From an uncultured bacterium (GTDB lineage: Bacteria; Planctomycetota; UBA1135; GCA-002686595), in the NCBI GenBank assembly GCA_943787795.1, contig CALSNU010000003.1:416001-480000 (forward strand): a stretch of DNA of 64,000 nt, read 5' to 3'. Below the pieces are notes generated by a model, which did no database searches, was not told where the DNA came from, and saw nothing but the letters and a program-made list of their open reading frames with translations. The position numbers and the translations under genes are program-made. Positions within the stretch are counted from its first letter, which is position 1. Every line of letters begins with the position of its first letter. Shown here piece by piece: positions 1 to 9,981 of the stretch.

Positions 1-911
1 TGATCACTCGTCGTCGACTTGACCCTCTCCAGGTGTTCCGTGCGACGGTGGGCCCGATGGTCCTGGTGTCGGTGTATGCGGTGGGCGTCGTGTGGTTCGA
101 GCACGAGACCGACACGCCGCTGGACCTCCCGATCGCCATTCCAGCCATGCTGGGCACCGCGATCTCGATCCTCCTGGGCTTCAAGACGAGCGCGGCCTAC
201 GACCGCTGGTGGGAGGCGCGGAAGATCTGGGGTGGGATCGTGAACGACTCCCGGACCTTCGGGCGGCGGGTGGTGTCCTTCCTGCGGCCTGCGTCGGAGG
301 GGGAGGCAACGGTCGTCCGTGAGCTCGCCGAGGACCTGCTTCATCGCCACATCTTCTGGGTCTACGCCACCTCCAGGTTCCTGCGGAAGGAGCCCGTCCT
401 TGAGTCCGGCCTCGAGCTGCTTCCCGAGGGGGAGGCGGCGGCGCTGGAGGTCTCGAAGCACATCCCGAACGAGCTGTTGGACCGGCAGGCGAGGGACCTG
501 AGGAGCGCGCTGGGCAAGGGCTGGCTGGACACCTATCAGCACGTGTCGCTGGAGGACTCCCTGACCCGCCTGACCGATCACCTGGGGCGCTGTGAGCGGA
601 TCAAGAACACGGGCTTCCCGGCGCACTACGGGTACCTTGCCTCCCGCATCCTCTGGCTCTTCGCGTTGCTCGTGCCCTGGTCCCTCGGCAGGGACCTCAT
701 CTGGTGGACGATTCCGGTGACCATCGCCGTGATCCTGACCTTCTGGATGATCTGGGTCATCGGTGAAGCGCTGGCCGACCCGTTTGAGAACCGGCCGACG
801 GATACACCCATGACGAGCCTCGCTGAGGCGATCGAGCGGGACGTGCGCCAGCAGCTTGGCGAGGCCTACACGTTGCCGGATCACAGCCAGGACGGCGGCG
901 TCCTGATGTAG
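1..911 (+). CDS. Bestrophin/UPF0187-family ion channel (5' end probably 1 nt outside the window)
   Basis: Motifs LGFKTSAAYDRWWEARKIWGGIVNDSR, CERIKNT and LADPFEN. The frame is open to the window edge (ITRRRLDPLQVF) and 'tg' at 1-2 suggests a cut start codon. Confidence 0.85.
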   Translation, partial: ITRRRLDPLQVFRATVGPMVLVSVYAVGVVWFEHETDTPLDLPIAIPAMLGTAISILLGFKTSAAYDRWWEARKIWGGIVNDSRTFGRRVVSFLRPASEGEATVVRELAEDLLHRHIFWVYATSRFLRKEPVLESGLELLPEGEAAALEVSKHIPNELLDRQARDLRSALGKGWLDTYQHVSLEDSLTRLTDHLGRCERIKNTGFPAHYGYLASRILWLFALLVPWSLGRDLIWWTIPVTIAVILTFWMIWVIGEALADPFENRPTDTPMTSLAEAIERDVRQQLGEAYTLPDHSQDGGVLM

Positions 912-917
912 CCGGAG

Positions 918-1757
918 TCAGCGGGCCGCGCCTTCGGGGCGGCGGGCGACGACCGCGTACCCCTGACAGACCGCCTCGTCGTTGGTGACGAGGGAGGCGA
1001 GGTGGAAGCCCACCTGGAGGAGCGCCGTCAGGGGCATCAGCAGGAGGCTCCTGAGCGGGGAGGGGATCACGCTCCCGTCGCTCTGGCGCCGTCGCGCCCC
1101 GATCGAGCGGATGAGCCACTGGGAGAGCATGGCCCCGTTGGCGGTGGCGAAGTTGCCGCGGGGCGCGATGGAGATGACCTCGAGCCCGGCATCCACGACA
1201 AAGCGCTCCAGGCTCGAAGGCGTGAAGCGGAAGTAGTCGCTGGGGAGCTCGTGGAGCGGCTGAATGAAGGGGACGGTGAGCAGCAGCTTGCCGCCCGGCT
1301 CGAGGACCCTCGCCATCTCCTGGACCAGCGCGCGCGGATCGGGGACGTGCTCGAGGACCTCGGTGGAGAGGACCGTCCGCACGCTGCCGGTGCGCACAGG
1401 GAGGTGCGCGCCGTCGCCGAACACCTGAACAAGGGTCTTCACCCGCGGGAGCATCTCCCACATCTCGGGCTGCTTGTCGAGGATCGACGGCGGGTACTCG
1501 AGCCCGACGTACCGGTCCACGTGGGGCTCGAAGAGCGCCCGGTAGGGCCCCTCGGAGACGCCAACATCGAGCAGGGTCCCCGAGGCGTGGGGGACCAAGG
1601 CCTCCACGGAGCGGCGGAGGTGGCGCCAGTCGAGCCAGTAGGGGTTGAGCGGTGTCCGCTTCCGCCACGCGTTCAGCCGCTGGCCGAGGTGTCCGCGGTA
1701 GTGCACGACGCCGACCCGCTTGCCGCGGGGTGAGAAGCTGTCGGGGTCGGAGGTCAC
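918..1757 (-). CDS. Class I SAM-dependent methyltransferase (type 11-like)
   Basis: LLDVGVSEGP motif I, EVLEHVPDP, RVLEPGGKLLLTVPF, HELPSDYFRFT. GTG at 1757 overlaps the dcd stop (GTGA coupling). Confidence 0.8.
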   Translation of the reverse strand: MTSDPDSFSPRGKRVGVVHYRGHLGQRLNAWRKRTPLNPYWLDWRHLRRSVEALVPHASGTLLDVGVSEGPYRALFEPHVDRYVGLEYPPSILDKQPEMWEMLPRVKTLVQVFGDGAHLPVRTGSVRTVLSTEVLEHVPDPRALVQEMARVLEPGGKLLLTVPFIQPLHELPSDYFRFTPSSLERFVVDAGLEVISIAPRGNFATANGAMLSQWLIRSIGARRRQSDGSVIPSPLRSLLLMPLTALLQVGFHLASLVTNDEAVCQGYAVVARRPEGAAR

Positions 1758-2950
1758 TCTGACGGGGGTTTGCGGAAGGCCCGGGCGAGGGTCAGGTCCT
1801 GGCGCTGATAGCTGGCGCCCTGGCGGTCCTGGCCATACAGGTGTTCGGGTCGGGCGGAGGCCCGGAAGAACTTGAGCCGGAAGAAGACCTGTCCGTCCTC
1901 GACGAGGAATGGGACGTCGTGGGCCCGCACCTCGAGCACTGCGGGGGTCCCGTTGCCGCCCGGGCGACCCTCGGCGTCCTCGCGCCACCCGAAGCCGTTG
2001 TCGAAGAAGCCGGCGTAGTTGTTCCGCAGTTCGCCGATGCCGATGTCGACCGGGAGCATCTCCGCCGCGAGGTGCGGAGGCACGCGCAGCCGCTCGCGGC
2101 TGGCGAAGATGTAGAAGCTCTCGGGGGCGAGGATGCAGCGGCCGCCGGGGGCTTGGACCGGCTCCCAGAAGAGGTCGGGGTCGTGGGCGCCCTCCTGGCT
2201 GAACTCGACCACCTCCGTGTGCAGGGACGCGCGCCAGCCGGCGGGGTCACGCGAGAGCAGGCCCAGGTTGAGCTCCAGGCCTCCATCGTCGTCGAAGCGC
2301 GTCTCGTCGGCCCCCAGGGGGCGATCACCGTCAAATACCAGCGGCGTCTCGGCGACCACCTCGCGCAGCTCATCGGTGGTGAGGCCCGGCCTGCCGCGGT
2401 GAACGCGGAGCTGGCAGAGCCTGTCCCCGCGGCGGAGCCTGACGGGGAAGGAGAGGGGGCTGATCTCGAGCCAGATGGGGCCGCGGTAGCCGGGCGGGGC
2501 CTCGTCAAAGCGCGGGTGCCCCGGGCAGAGGACGCGGGTGAAGATGTCACAGCGCCCGGCCGAGCTGCGGGGGTTGAAGCGGACGCCGAGGTCGGGCGGC
2601 AGGTCGAGGCTCTCCTCGAGCTGGACCAGATAGACGAGGCCCCGCTCGAGCACGGCGCCATCCGAGGAGCCCAGGTCGAGGGCGGAGGTGCTGAGGGTCG
2701 CCAGGCGCTCCTCCATGGGGACCACGCCCGGCAGGAAGCCCGCCCGGACCCGGTGCGCCTTGGGCCCGAGGCGAAGGTCCAGGCTCGCGGGCTGGATCTG
2801 GGCCGGGGCGATCTCCCGGGCGCCACGGATGGAGCCGGCGGCCACGAGGTCCCGGAGCTCCCGGTCGACGAGGATGGCCCCGGGCGCCGGAGCAGGGCCG
2901 CCAGCGGAGGTGTCTCCGGCCTCCTGGGCGCTTGCGGTGGAGCTGGTCAT
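1754..2950 (-). CDS. dcd: 2'-deoxycytidine 5'-triphosphate deaminase (long, two-domain type)
   Basis: QIQPASLDLRLG, NPRSSAGRCDIFTR, YAGFFDNGFG, AVLEVRAHDVPF, SYQRQDLTLA. Confidence 0.88.
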   Translation of the reverse strand: MTSSTASAQEAGDTSAGGPAPAPGAILVDRELRDLVAAGSIRGAREIAPAQIQPASLDLRLGPKAHRVRAGFLPGVVPMEERLATLSTSALDLGSSDGAVLERGLVYLVQLEESLDLPPDLGVRFNPRSSAGRCDIFTRVLCPGHPRFDEAPPGYRGPIWLEISPLSFPVRLRRGDRLCQLRVHRGRPGLTTDELREVVAETPLVFDGDRPLGADETRFDDDGGLELNLGLLSRDPAGWRASLHTEVVEFSQEGAHDPDLFWEPVQAPGGRCILAPESFYIFASRERLRVPPHLAAEMLPVDIGIGELRNNYAGFFDNGFGWREDAEGRPGGNGTPAVLEVRAHDVPFLVEDGQVFFRLKFFRASARPEHLYGQDRQGASYQRQDLTLARAFRKPPSE

Positions 2951-3117
2951 GGGTCAGAGCCTAGCGGAGCGCTGATCCCGGTGGATGCTGGGGAGGCTCG
3001 TCTCTACACTGCTCGGCCAATTCGTCCCCTGGCGGAGCCCCGGTCCCTTGAGGCCTGCTCCCCGCCGACCCCGCCCCAATTGGCCCCGCCGCCACAGGTC
3101 AGGAGCCCATCCCCGGC

Positions 3118-4287
3118 ATGAAGATCCACGAGTATCAGGCCAAGGAGCTGTTAAGAGCAGCCGGCCTCTCCGTCCCCTCCGGACGGGTGTGCGAGACCCC
3201 CGATGAGGCCGCAGCGGCCTACGACGAGCTCGGCAGCGCCGTGGCGGTCGTCAAGGCGCAGATCCACGCGGGCGGCCGCGGGAAGGGCGGCGGCGTCAAG
3301 CTGGTGCGCTCCCGCGAGGAAGCCCATGAGGCCGCCGACGCGATCCTCGGCATGATGCTGAAGACGCCGCAGACCAGCGCCGAGGGACAGCTCGTCCGCA
3401 AGGTCTGGATCGAGGAGGGGTCCGACATCGCGAAGGAGTACTACGTCGGCGTCGTGCTGGACCGCGAGAAGAGCCTCCCGGTGGTGATGGCGTCGAGCGA
3501 GGGCGGCATGGACATCGAGGAGGTCGCAGCGTCGACCCCCGAGAAGATCCTGAAGGCGGCCTACGATCCGGCCGTCGGCCTCTCCGAGGACCAGGCGGCC
3601 GAGCTGTCGCGTGGCATGGGGATCCCCGAAGAGCTCGTCGCCCAGAGCGTCGAGTTCCTGGTCGGGCTCGCCAAGATGTACACCGAGTACGACTGCTCGC
3701 TGGCGGAGATCAACCCGCTGGTCACGACCAACGACGGCGTCGTGCGCGCCCTCGACGCCAAGATCAACTTCGACCCGAACGCCATGTTCCGCCACGACGC
3801 GATCGTGGCCCTGCGGGACCTCCACGAGGAGGACCCGAAGGAGATCGAGGCCAGCAAGTACGACCTCAGCTACATCGCCCTCGACGGCAACATTGGCTGC
3901 ATGGTCAACGGTGCCGGGCTCGCCATGGCGACCATGGACGTCATCAAGCTCTACGGCGGCGAGCCGGCGAACTTCCTCGACGTCGGCGGCGGCGCCACCA
4001 CCGAGAACGTCACGGCGGCGTTCCGCATCCTTCTCGGCGACGAGAACGTGCACGGCGTCCTGATCAACATCTTCGGCGGGATCATGAAGTGCGACGTGAT
4101 CGCGGAGGGCGTGATCGCCGCCGTGAAGCAGATCGAGCTCAACGTGCCGCTGGTCGTCCGCCTCGAGGGGACGAACGTGGAGAAGGGCCGCGAGATGCTC
4201 GCTGGCTCTGGCCTCCCCATCATCCCCGCAACCGACCTGGACGACGCCGCGCAGAAGATCTGCGAGGCCGTCGCCGCGAGCGCCTGA
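3118..4287 (+). CDS. sucC: Succinyl-CoA ligase [ADP-forming] beta subunit
   Basis: [61 protein letters not shown]. Confidence 0.98.
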   Translation: MKIHEYQAKELLRAAGLSVPSGRVCETPDEAAAAYDELGSAVAVVKAQIHAGGRGKGGGVKLVRSREEAHEAADAILGMMLKTPQTSAEGQLVRKVWIEEGSDIAKEYYVGVVLDREKSLPVVMASSEGGMDIEEVAASTPEKILKAAYDPAVGLSEDQAAELSRGMGIPEELVAQSVEFLVGLAKMYTEYDCSLAEINPLVTTNDGVVRALDAKINFDPNAMFRHDAIVALRDLHEEDPKEIEASKYDLSYIALDGNIGCMVNGAGLAMATMDVIKLYGGEPANFLDVGGGATTENVTAAFRILLGDENVHGVLINIFGGIMKCDVIAEGVIAAVKQIELNVPLVVRLEGTNVEKGREMLAGSGLPIIPATDLDDAAQKICEAVAASA

Positions 4288-4304
4288 GGGCCAAGGAGCA
4301 AGTT

Positions 4305-5192
4305 ATGAGCATCTTCGTCAACAGCGATACCAAGGTCATCTGTCAGGGCTTCACCGGCAAGACAGGCACCTTCCACAGTCAGCAGGCCGTGGAGTACGGC
4401 ACCAACATGGTCGGCGGCGTGAACCCCCGGAAGGCGGGCACCACGCACCTGGACCTCCCGGTCTTCGGCACCGTCGCCGAGGCCAAGGAGGAGACCGGGG
4501 CCAACGCCACCGTGCTCTACGTCCCGCCGCCCTTCTGCGGCGACGCGATCCTCGAGGCCATCGAGGCGGAAATGGAGCTGATCGTGACCATCACCGAGGG
4601 CGTCCCTGTCCTCGACATGGTCCGCGTGCGCGAGGCCCTCAAGGGGTCCAAGTCGCGCCTGGTCGGCCCCAACTGCCCCGGCGTCATCACGCCCGGTGAG
4701 TGCAAGATTGGCATCATGCCGGGCTACATTCACAAGCCGGGCCGCGTCGGCGTCATTTCGCGCTCCGGCACGCTGACCTACGAGGCCGTCTGGCAGCTCA
4801 CCTCCCGCGGAATCGGGCAGTCCAGCTGCATCGGCATCGGCGGCGATCCGGTGAACGGCACCAACTTCATCGACGTCATCGACGCCTTCAATCAGGACGA
4901 GGGGACCGACGCCATCATCATGATCGGCGAAATCGGCGGCTCGGCCGAGGAAGAGGCAGCTGACTTCATCAAGGCCAACGTCAAGAAGCCCATGGTCGGC
5001 TTCATCGCCGGCAACACGGCGCCTCCGGGCAAACGGATGGGCCACGCCGGCGCCATCATCGCCGGTGGCAAGGGCACCGCGAAGGAGAAGGTCGAGGCCC
5101 TCGAGGCCGCGGGCGTGATGATGAGCCCGAGCCCCGCGCGGCTCGGGGAGATGATGGAGGGGCGGCTCCGCGAGGCGGGTCTGCTCGGCTGA
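4305..5192 (+). CDS. sucD: Succinyl-CoA ligase alpha subunit
   Basis: ATG 4305 after [42 protein letters not shown] (phospho-His). Confidence 0.98.
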   Translation: MSIFVNSDTKVICQGFTGKTGTFHSQQAVEYGTNMVGGVNPRKAGTTHLDLPVFGTVAEAKEETGANATVLYVPPPFCGDAILEAIEAEMELIVTITEGVPVLDMVRVREALKGSKSRLVGPNCPGVITPGECKIGIMPGYIHKPGRVGVISRSGTLTYEAVWQLTSRGIGQSSCIGIGGDPVNGTNFIDVIDAFNQDEGTDAIIMIGEIGGSAEEEAADFIKANVKKPMVGFIAGNTAPPGKRMGHAGAIIAGGKGTAKEKVEALEAAGVMMSPSPARLGEMMEGRLREAGLLG

Positions 5193-5193
5193 G

Positions 5194-5547
5194 ATGTCTG
5201 AAGAGGGCCGCACCGAGGCCTCCCCGGAAGGGGAGGCCCAGAGCTACCGGGAGCGCTACGCCGAGGTCGACGTCGACCGCGGCGTGGCGGTCGGGGCGGC
5301 GATCGGGGTCGGGATGTTCGTGGTCATCCAGGGGACGATCATCCTGGCGCTCCAGACCGGGCTGATCAGCGGCGACGTCCCGCCGCTGGCGCCCCTCGCG
5401 CTCGCGGGAGTGACCCAGCTCGTCTACGTCTTTCCGACAGCCCTGTTCTTCATCAACCGGCGCTGCCCTCTGATGACCAAGGGCTACCTCGCCGTGGCGG
5501 GAGCCGTGGTCCTTTGGTCGCTGCTGATGCTCCTGGTGGTCGGCTGA
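5194..5547 (+). CDS. Small membrane protein (about 3 TM), unknown function
   Basis: Starts 1 nt after the sucD stop; three hydrophobic segments. Confidence 0.7.
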   Translation: MSEEGRTEASPEGEAQSYRERYAEVDVDRGVAVGAAIGVGMFVVIQGTIILALQTGLISGDVPPLAPLALAGVTQLVYVFPTALFFINRRCPLMTKGYLAVAGAVVLWSLLMLLVVG

Positions 5548-5603
5548 CCGTTCGTCGACGGGGCGCTGGCTCCGTTGATCGGGACTGACCCCATCGACGT
5601 CGA

Positions 5604-6329
5604 TCAGTCGAGCACGCCGAGAGCCTCGAGCTGCGCTTCGGCCTGGGGGGCCCAGCCTCGGTTGGCGATGGGGCTGGCCGGGGAGGGGTGCAGCACCGTC
5701 CCGATGGGGACCTCGCAGTCGGGGAGGGCGAGGGTGGCCCGCCCCTGGGCGAACTTTCCGATGCCGATGATCTGCTCGGGCTGGAGGGCGTCGACCACAG
5801 CCGCCAGCGAAGCGTCACAGATCCGGTAGAGCGCGTCGCGTTCGTCGGCCAGGAGCTTGTCCGGGGTCCGGTTCTTGCCGCCCTCTTCCATGAAGACCAG
5901 GGGGCAGTAATTCCACACAAACAGCCGGTCGAAGAAGGCGTCTGGGCCGTCGAAGCGATCGGCGGCCCAGCCCCAGAAGCGCCTGCCGGAGACCTCGCTG
6001 CGGGGGCAGTCGAACCCCTGGATCGGGCGCTTGGGATGCAGGACCGGCGGCTGATCCACGGGGGCCTTGATGCCCAGCCAGTCTCGAACGGCGGCGACCT
6101 CGCCGAAGGGGACCCCGGTCTGAGCCATGCCGTAGGGCCCCGGGTTCATGCCGAGCATGATCGCTCTCGGCTTCGAGCGGGCGAAGCGCTTGAGGTACTG
6201 CTCCACGGGCGCCCACGCGTACTCGAGAGGGTTGTAGACGTGGGTGGTGGGGGGCTCGAAGCGGAGCGCACCGACGGCCTCCGAGAGGTCGCGGGTGATC
6301 CGCAGGAGCTTCCTTGAGGCGGCGGTCAT
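5604..6329 (-). CDS. SMUG1-type (family 3) uracil-DNA glycosylase
   Basis: VYNPLEYA, GMNPGPYGMAQTGVPFG, SEVSGRRFW, NYCPLVF, HPSPASP. Start taken at ATG 6329 (alternative 6341). Confidence 0.93.
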   Translation of the reverse strand: MTAASRKLLRITRDLSEAVGALRFEPPTTHVYNPLEYAWAPVEQYLKRFARSKPRAIMLGMNPGPYGMAQTGVPFGEVAAVRDWLGIKAPVDQPPVLHPKRPIQGFDCPRSEVSGRRFWGWAADRFDGPDAFFDRLFVWNYCPLVFMEEGGKNRTPDKLLADERDALYRICDASLAAVVDALQPEQIIGIGKFAQGRATLALPDCEVPIGTVLHPSPASPIANRGWAPQAEAQLEALGVLD

Positions 6330-6347
6330 GTCACCCCCCACGATGCG

Positions 6348-6560
6348 CTATCCGACCTGGCTGTTCCAGCAGCGAACGTGGCCGTCCTCGGGGTCCAGCT
6401 CCACGTGGATCTCATTGGGCCGGCAGCACACCGGGCAGTCCTCGACGTAGTCCTGGCGATGCCCCATGGTTGGATCGATGGGGATCACCACCTCCTCGCC
6501 GCAGGCCCAGCACGCGTAGCTGGCCTCGCCGTCGCTGTCGAAGGCGCCATCCTGTTCCAT
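6348..6560 (-). CDS. CPXCG-motif cysteine-rich (zinc-ribbon) small protein
   Basis: CWACGE...QDYVEDCPVCCRPNEI. Start uncertain; in-frame GTGs lie upstream. Confidence 0.85.
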   Translation of the reverse strand: MEQDGAFDSDGEASYACWACGEEVVIPIDPTMGHRQDYVEDCPVCCRPNEIHVELDPEDGHVRCWNSQVG

Positions 6561-6779
6561 CAACTCGTCCACGGCGTCGTCCTCTGGTTCGATCACTTCG
6601 TCCACGACGGGCTGTTCGCCGAGGGGAGGCGATGGGATCAGGTGGAAAGGCTTTCCGTGTTCTCGTTCAGGGACGGCCGCGTGCGGCCGCCACGGCGCCC
6701 CGGGGGCGAATCGACCCAGAAAGTTTCGCTGGCCGTTTCTTCCGGTGGATTTTGCGACAGCGCTACCGATAACCCAGTC

Positions 6780-7715
6780 ATGCAGATTCCCAGTCAGCGC
6801 CAACAGCAGCCGGTCGCTCCGGCCCAGGTTCGGCCCGCCGCGACGCCCGCGGCGACCAAGCAGCAGGCCGTTCCGGACAGCGCCGCAGGCGCGGAGCGAC
6901 CCTCCAGCCCGGAGGGTGAGAAGCTCGCCTCCAACCTCGCCCGTCTCGACGGGCTCACCGAGTCGCTCATGGAGCGCCTCCGGTCCGCCTCCGGGGACAT
7001 GGATCGGGGTGAGTTTCCGGCCTTCCGTGAGGCTGCGGGGCAGCTGGAGTCGGGCCTGGCTCGACTCCGGGCTGGCCTCTCGGACGGCACGATCGAGCCC
7101 GCTGACGTCCAGCGGGGCGTCGGCAACCTCTTCCAGAGCGTGAGCGCGGTCCTCAAGGAGGGCCGTACGCCGTCGTCTGAGGCTCCTGAGGGCACTGCCG
7201 CTGACGCCGTCCGCGCGGAGCCTGCCAGCAGCCCGTCCGGGGAGGGAGTCGAGGCCACACAGGTGCGCGCCCAGATCGCCGCCGGGCCCCAGGGGGCGCA
7301 GCCCTCCAAGGGCGCGCCGGATGCCTCCAGCGCCCCGGAGGTGGGCGCCCCGGAGGTGGGCGACGTGGTCCGGGACCGCTTTGCCGGGTTCGCCGAGAGC
7401 GTCCAGGCGCGCCTGGCTTCCGCCGAGTTCCCCGATCAGAAGCGTGACGCCGTGGCGTCGGGCGTGGCCGAGGCCTTCGCCAGCGCCACCGCTCGCCTCG
7501 ATGCCGCCCTCTTTGACCCGCAGACCGGCGATCCGATCGATCGCGGCACCTTCCAGGACCTCTTTGCGGCGTCCTTCTCGGCCCTCCAGGAGCAGCTCTC
7601 CTTCCTGTTCGAGTCTGGAGAGTCCGACGCGGGCTCCCGCGGCGTCGTCTACGGCTCGGACCGCATGGCCGAGGGCCTCGCCCCCCGGGGCAAGGGCCTC
7701 GACGTGGCCGGCTGA
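6780..7715 (+). CDS. Hypothetical helical protein
   Basis: ATG 6780, GC3-biased frame, C-terminus VVYG...RGKGLDVAG, followed by a perfect hairpin. Confidence 0.65.
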   Translation: MQIPSQRQQQPVAPAQVRPAATPAATKQQAVPDSAAGAERPSSPEGEKLASNLARLDGLTESLMERLRSASGDMDRGEFPAFREAAGQLESGLARLRAGLSDGTIEPADVQRGVGNLFQSVSAVLKEGRTPSSEAPEGTAADAVRAEPASSPSGEGVEATQVRAQIAAGPQGAQPSKGAPDASSAPEVGAPEVGDVVRDRFAGFAESVQARLASAEFPDQKRDAVASGVAEAFASATARLDAALFDPQTGDPIDRGTFQDLFAASFSALQEQLSFLFESGESDAGSRGVVYGSDRMAEGLAPRGKGLDVAG

Positions 7716-7741
7716 TTCGGCTCTCGAATTCAACCTCCAGG

Positions 7742-7771
7742 GGCGGGGGGCGCACTTTGGCGCCCCCCGCC
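7742..7771 (+). terminator. Terminator-like hairpin
   Basis: Perfect 12-bp stem GGCGGGGGGCGC / ACTTTG loop / GCGCCCCCCGCC, 26 nt after stop 7715; weak U tail (TCTTCATT). Confidence 0.6.
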
Positions 7772-7833
7772 TCTTCATTGGGGGCCCGATTCTCCTACAC
7801 TTGTGCGGACGAGTCCTCCACGGAACCGGACCT

Positions 7834-8067
7834 ATGCACATCGACGACACGCGAACCGAGCCCCTCCTCGCCTTCCTCGGACCGACCGAGCTCTGGATCG
7901 TCCTCGGTGCCCTTGTCTTCCTCTTTGGTGCGAAGAAGCTCCCCGAGATGGCGCGCGCCATGGGGTCGAGCGTCACGCAGTTCAAGAAGGGCCTGGACAC
8001 CCCCGAGGAGGAGCCGGCCAAGCAGATCGACGGCGCCCCTGGCTCCGACGGCGACACGAAGTCCTGA
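7834..8067 (+). CDS. tatA: Twin-arginine translocase subunit TatA/E
   Basis: FLGPTELWIVLGALVFLFGAKKLPEMARAMGSSVTQFKKGL. Confidence 0.95.
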   Translation: MHIDDTRTEPLLAFLGPTELWIVLGALVFLFGAKKLPEMARAMGSSVTQFKKGLDTPEEEPAKQIDGAPGSDGDTKS

Positions 8068-8073
8068 CTCAGC

Positions 8074-8883
8074 ATGTCGGTTCCGACCGACCCCGGCGCT
8101 GAGCGCAAGGCGACCCGCGCCCCGGCCCTGGCCGATGGGACCCCTGGCGAGGGCCGCGCCGTCGTTCAGCCGGCCGCGGGCGGTGGTGCTGGCGCTGGTG
8201 CTGGCGCTGGTGCTGGCGCTGGTGCCAGGGCGGGCGAGTACCTGGGCGTGGTCTTCGCCGGCGGGGAGAGCCGACGGATGGGGCAGGACAAGGCGCTCCT
8301 CCCCTGGCCGATCGGGTCCGCGGACTCAGGAGAGTCCGCATCGCTCATGGAGCGAGCGGCGCGCATGCTCGAGGGGCTCTGCCGGAGGGTTGAGGTCGCG
8401 CGGGGACCCAGGGGCGGCGCGCCAGACCCCGGACGTCCGGTGATCCACGACGTCGCTGAGGGCGCCGGACCGCTGGCGGGGCTGCTGGCCGCGCTCGAGC
8501 GAGCGCGTGAGCTGGGGGCAGCGGGTGTCGTTGCCCTGGCCTGCGACATGCCCCTGGTCGAGCGCGGCGAGATCGAGCCGCTGTTCGATGCCATGAGCGC
8601 CGGCGGAGGCACGGCCTGCGAGGCGGCCATGTGGGTGGTGGACGAGCGCGAGCAGCCGCTCTGTGCCGTCTACGGCATCGGGTGCCTTCCCGCGGCCCGG
8701 GCAGCCTTCAAGGCGGGAAAGCGGCGCCTCGTCGCGATCTTCGATCCGGCTGCGACAGGGGGCCACGCAGCCGTCTTGAAACGACTCTATCCCGACGAAA
8801 AGACATCGGTCCGACTGGTGAACCTGAACACGATGACCGACTACGATCGTGTGATGAGAGACCTTCGACCGGGCGGGCATTGA
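8074..8883 (+). CDS. mobA: Molybdenum cofactor guanylyltransferase
   Basis: GVVFAGGESRRMGQDKALL, GPLAGL, LACDMPLV, QPLCAVY, NLNT; N-terminal (GA)n low-complexity tract. Confidence 0.88.
   Translation: MSVPTDPGAERKATRAPALADGTPGEGRAVVQPAAGGGAGAGAGAGAGAGARAGEYLGVVFAGGESRRMGQDKALLPWPIGSADSGESASLMERAARMLEGLCRRVEVARGPRGGAPDPGRPVIHDVAEGAGPLAGLLAALERARELGAAGVVALACDMPLVERGEIEPLFDAMSAGGGTACEAAMWVVDEREQPLCAVYGIGCLPAARAAFKAGKRRLVAIFDPAATGGHAAVLKRLYPDEKTSVRLVNLNTMTDYDRVMRDLRPGGH
8185..8226 (+). repeat. In-frame 12-bp tandem repeat GGTGCTGGCGCT x3.5 (Gly-Ala tract in mobA)
   Basis: Read directly from the sequence. Confidence 0.85.
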
Positions 8884-8945
8884 GCCTCCGCGGGCGATCG
8901 CTGCTCAGCCCGGGAGGGCTGCTGCGAGAGCTCTCAATCTTCCCC

Positions 8946-9953
8946 ATGAGTCCCAAGGACGCCCAACTCCAGGCCCTGGTGGCCCCGATCGCCAACGACC
9001 TCGCGGCCATGCGAGAGGTGATTTCGGACGCGCTGTCCTCGGACGTCCCCGCCGTGTCGGACATGACGGCTCACATCGGGCGCTTCCGCGGCAAGCAGCT
9101 GCGGGGGGGGCTGGTCCTGCTCTGCGCCCACGGTCGGGCGTCCGAGACGCCGGAGCGTGGGGATCTGGCGGTCGTCTCGGCGATCGTCGAGCTGATCCAC
9201 CTGGCGACCCTCGTGCACGATGACGTACTCGACGGCGCCGACAAGCGCCGGCGCGTCGCGAGCGTGAACCGCCGCTGGGACAACCAGGTGGCGGTGCTCC
9301 TCGGAGACTTCCTCTACTCGCGGGCCTTCCACCTCTCGACGACCCTGCCCACCTCCCTCGTGAGCCAGCTCCTCTCGCAGATCACCCAGGAGATCTGCTC
9401 CGGTGAGATCGAGCAGGCCGCAGGCCGCTACGACTTCGAGATGCCCGTGGAGGACTACGAGCGGATCGCCACGGCGAAGACCGGCGCCCTTTACGGAGCG
9501 GCCTGCGAGCTGGGGATGCGCTATCCGGGCGGGTCCGAGTTCGACGGCGCCGAGATGCGCGCCTTCGGCCGGGAGCTCGGCCTGGCCTTCCAGATCGTGG
9601 ACGACCTGATCGACCTGGAGGGCGACGAGGAGGTCGCTGGGAAGAGCACGGGCACGGACGTCGAGGATGGGAAGGTCACGCTCGCGGTGCTCCACACCTA
9701 CCGGGCCGCGGACCCGAGCACCCGCGCTGCGATTCGCGACGCGTACACCCTGCCGGGACTCGAGGACGAGCCAGGGGGGCGGCTCCGCCGTCTGCTCGAG
9801 GTCTGTGACCTCGGGCCTGGAATGACAGAGGCCCGGGAGCGGGCCAGGGAGCTGGTGGACCGGGCGCGAGCTCGGCTGAGCCGCCTCCCCGAGAGCTCCT
9901 CCCGTGAGGCGTTGCACGCCCTCACCGAGTTTGTTCTCGAGCGTCGCTGGTGA
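8946..9953 (+). CDS. Polyprenyl diphosphate synthase (IspB/HepT-like)
   Basis: GKQLR, LVHDDVLD (FARM), AVLLGDFL, KTGALY, FQIVDDLID (SARM), GKVTL. Confidence 0.93.
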   Translation: MSPKDAQLQALVAPIANDLAAMREVISDALSSDVPAVSDMTAHIGRFRGKQLRGGLVLLCAHGRASETPERGDLAVVSAIVELIHLATLVHDDVLDGADKRRRVASVNRRWDNQVAVLLGDFLYSRAFHLSTTLPTSLVSQLLSQITQEICSGEIEQAAGRYDFEMPVEDYERIATAKTGALYGAACELGMRYPGGSEFDGAEMRAFGRELGLAFQIVDDLIDLEGDEEVAGKSTGTDVEDGKVTLAVLHTYRAADPSTRAAIRDAYTLPGLEDEPGGRLRRLLEVCDLGPGMTEARERARELVDRARARLSRLPESSSREALHALTEFVLERRW

Positions 9954-9981
9954 GCGGGCGGCGATCGACCAGAATAAGGTC

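Noticed and set aside
1754..6329. dCTP deaminase plus SMUG1 as a uracil-DNA or anti-phage module
   Set aside because: They are separated by sucCD, both are known housekeeping families in bacteria, and there is no defence or phage context.
6348..8108. 586-aa minus-strand ORF and the many other long overlapping ORFs (e.g. 26800..28626 +, 17117..18745 -, 14406..15890 -, 51430..52830 +)
   Set aside because: Antisense or shadow frames of well-supported genes in high-GC DNA. Only the last ~70 codons of 6348..8108 (CPXCG protein) look real.
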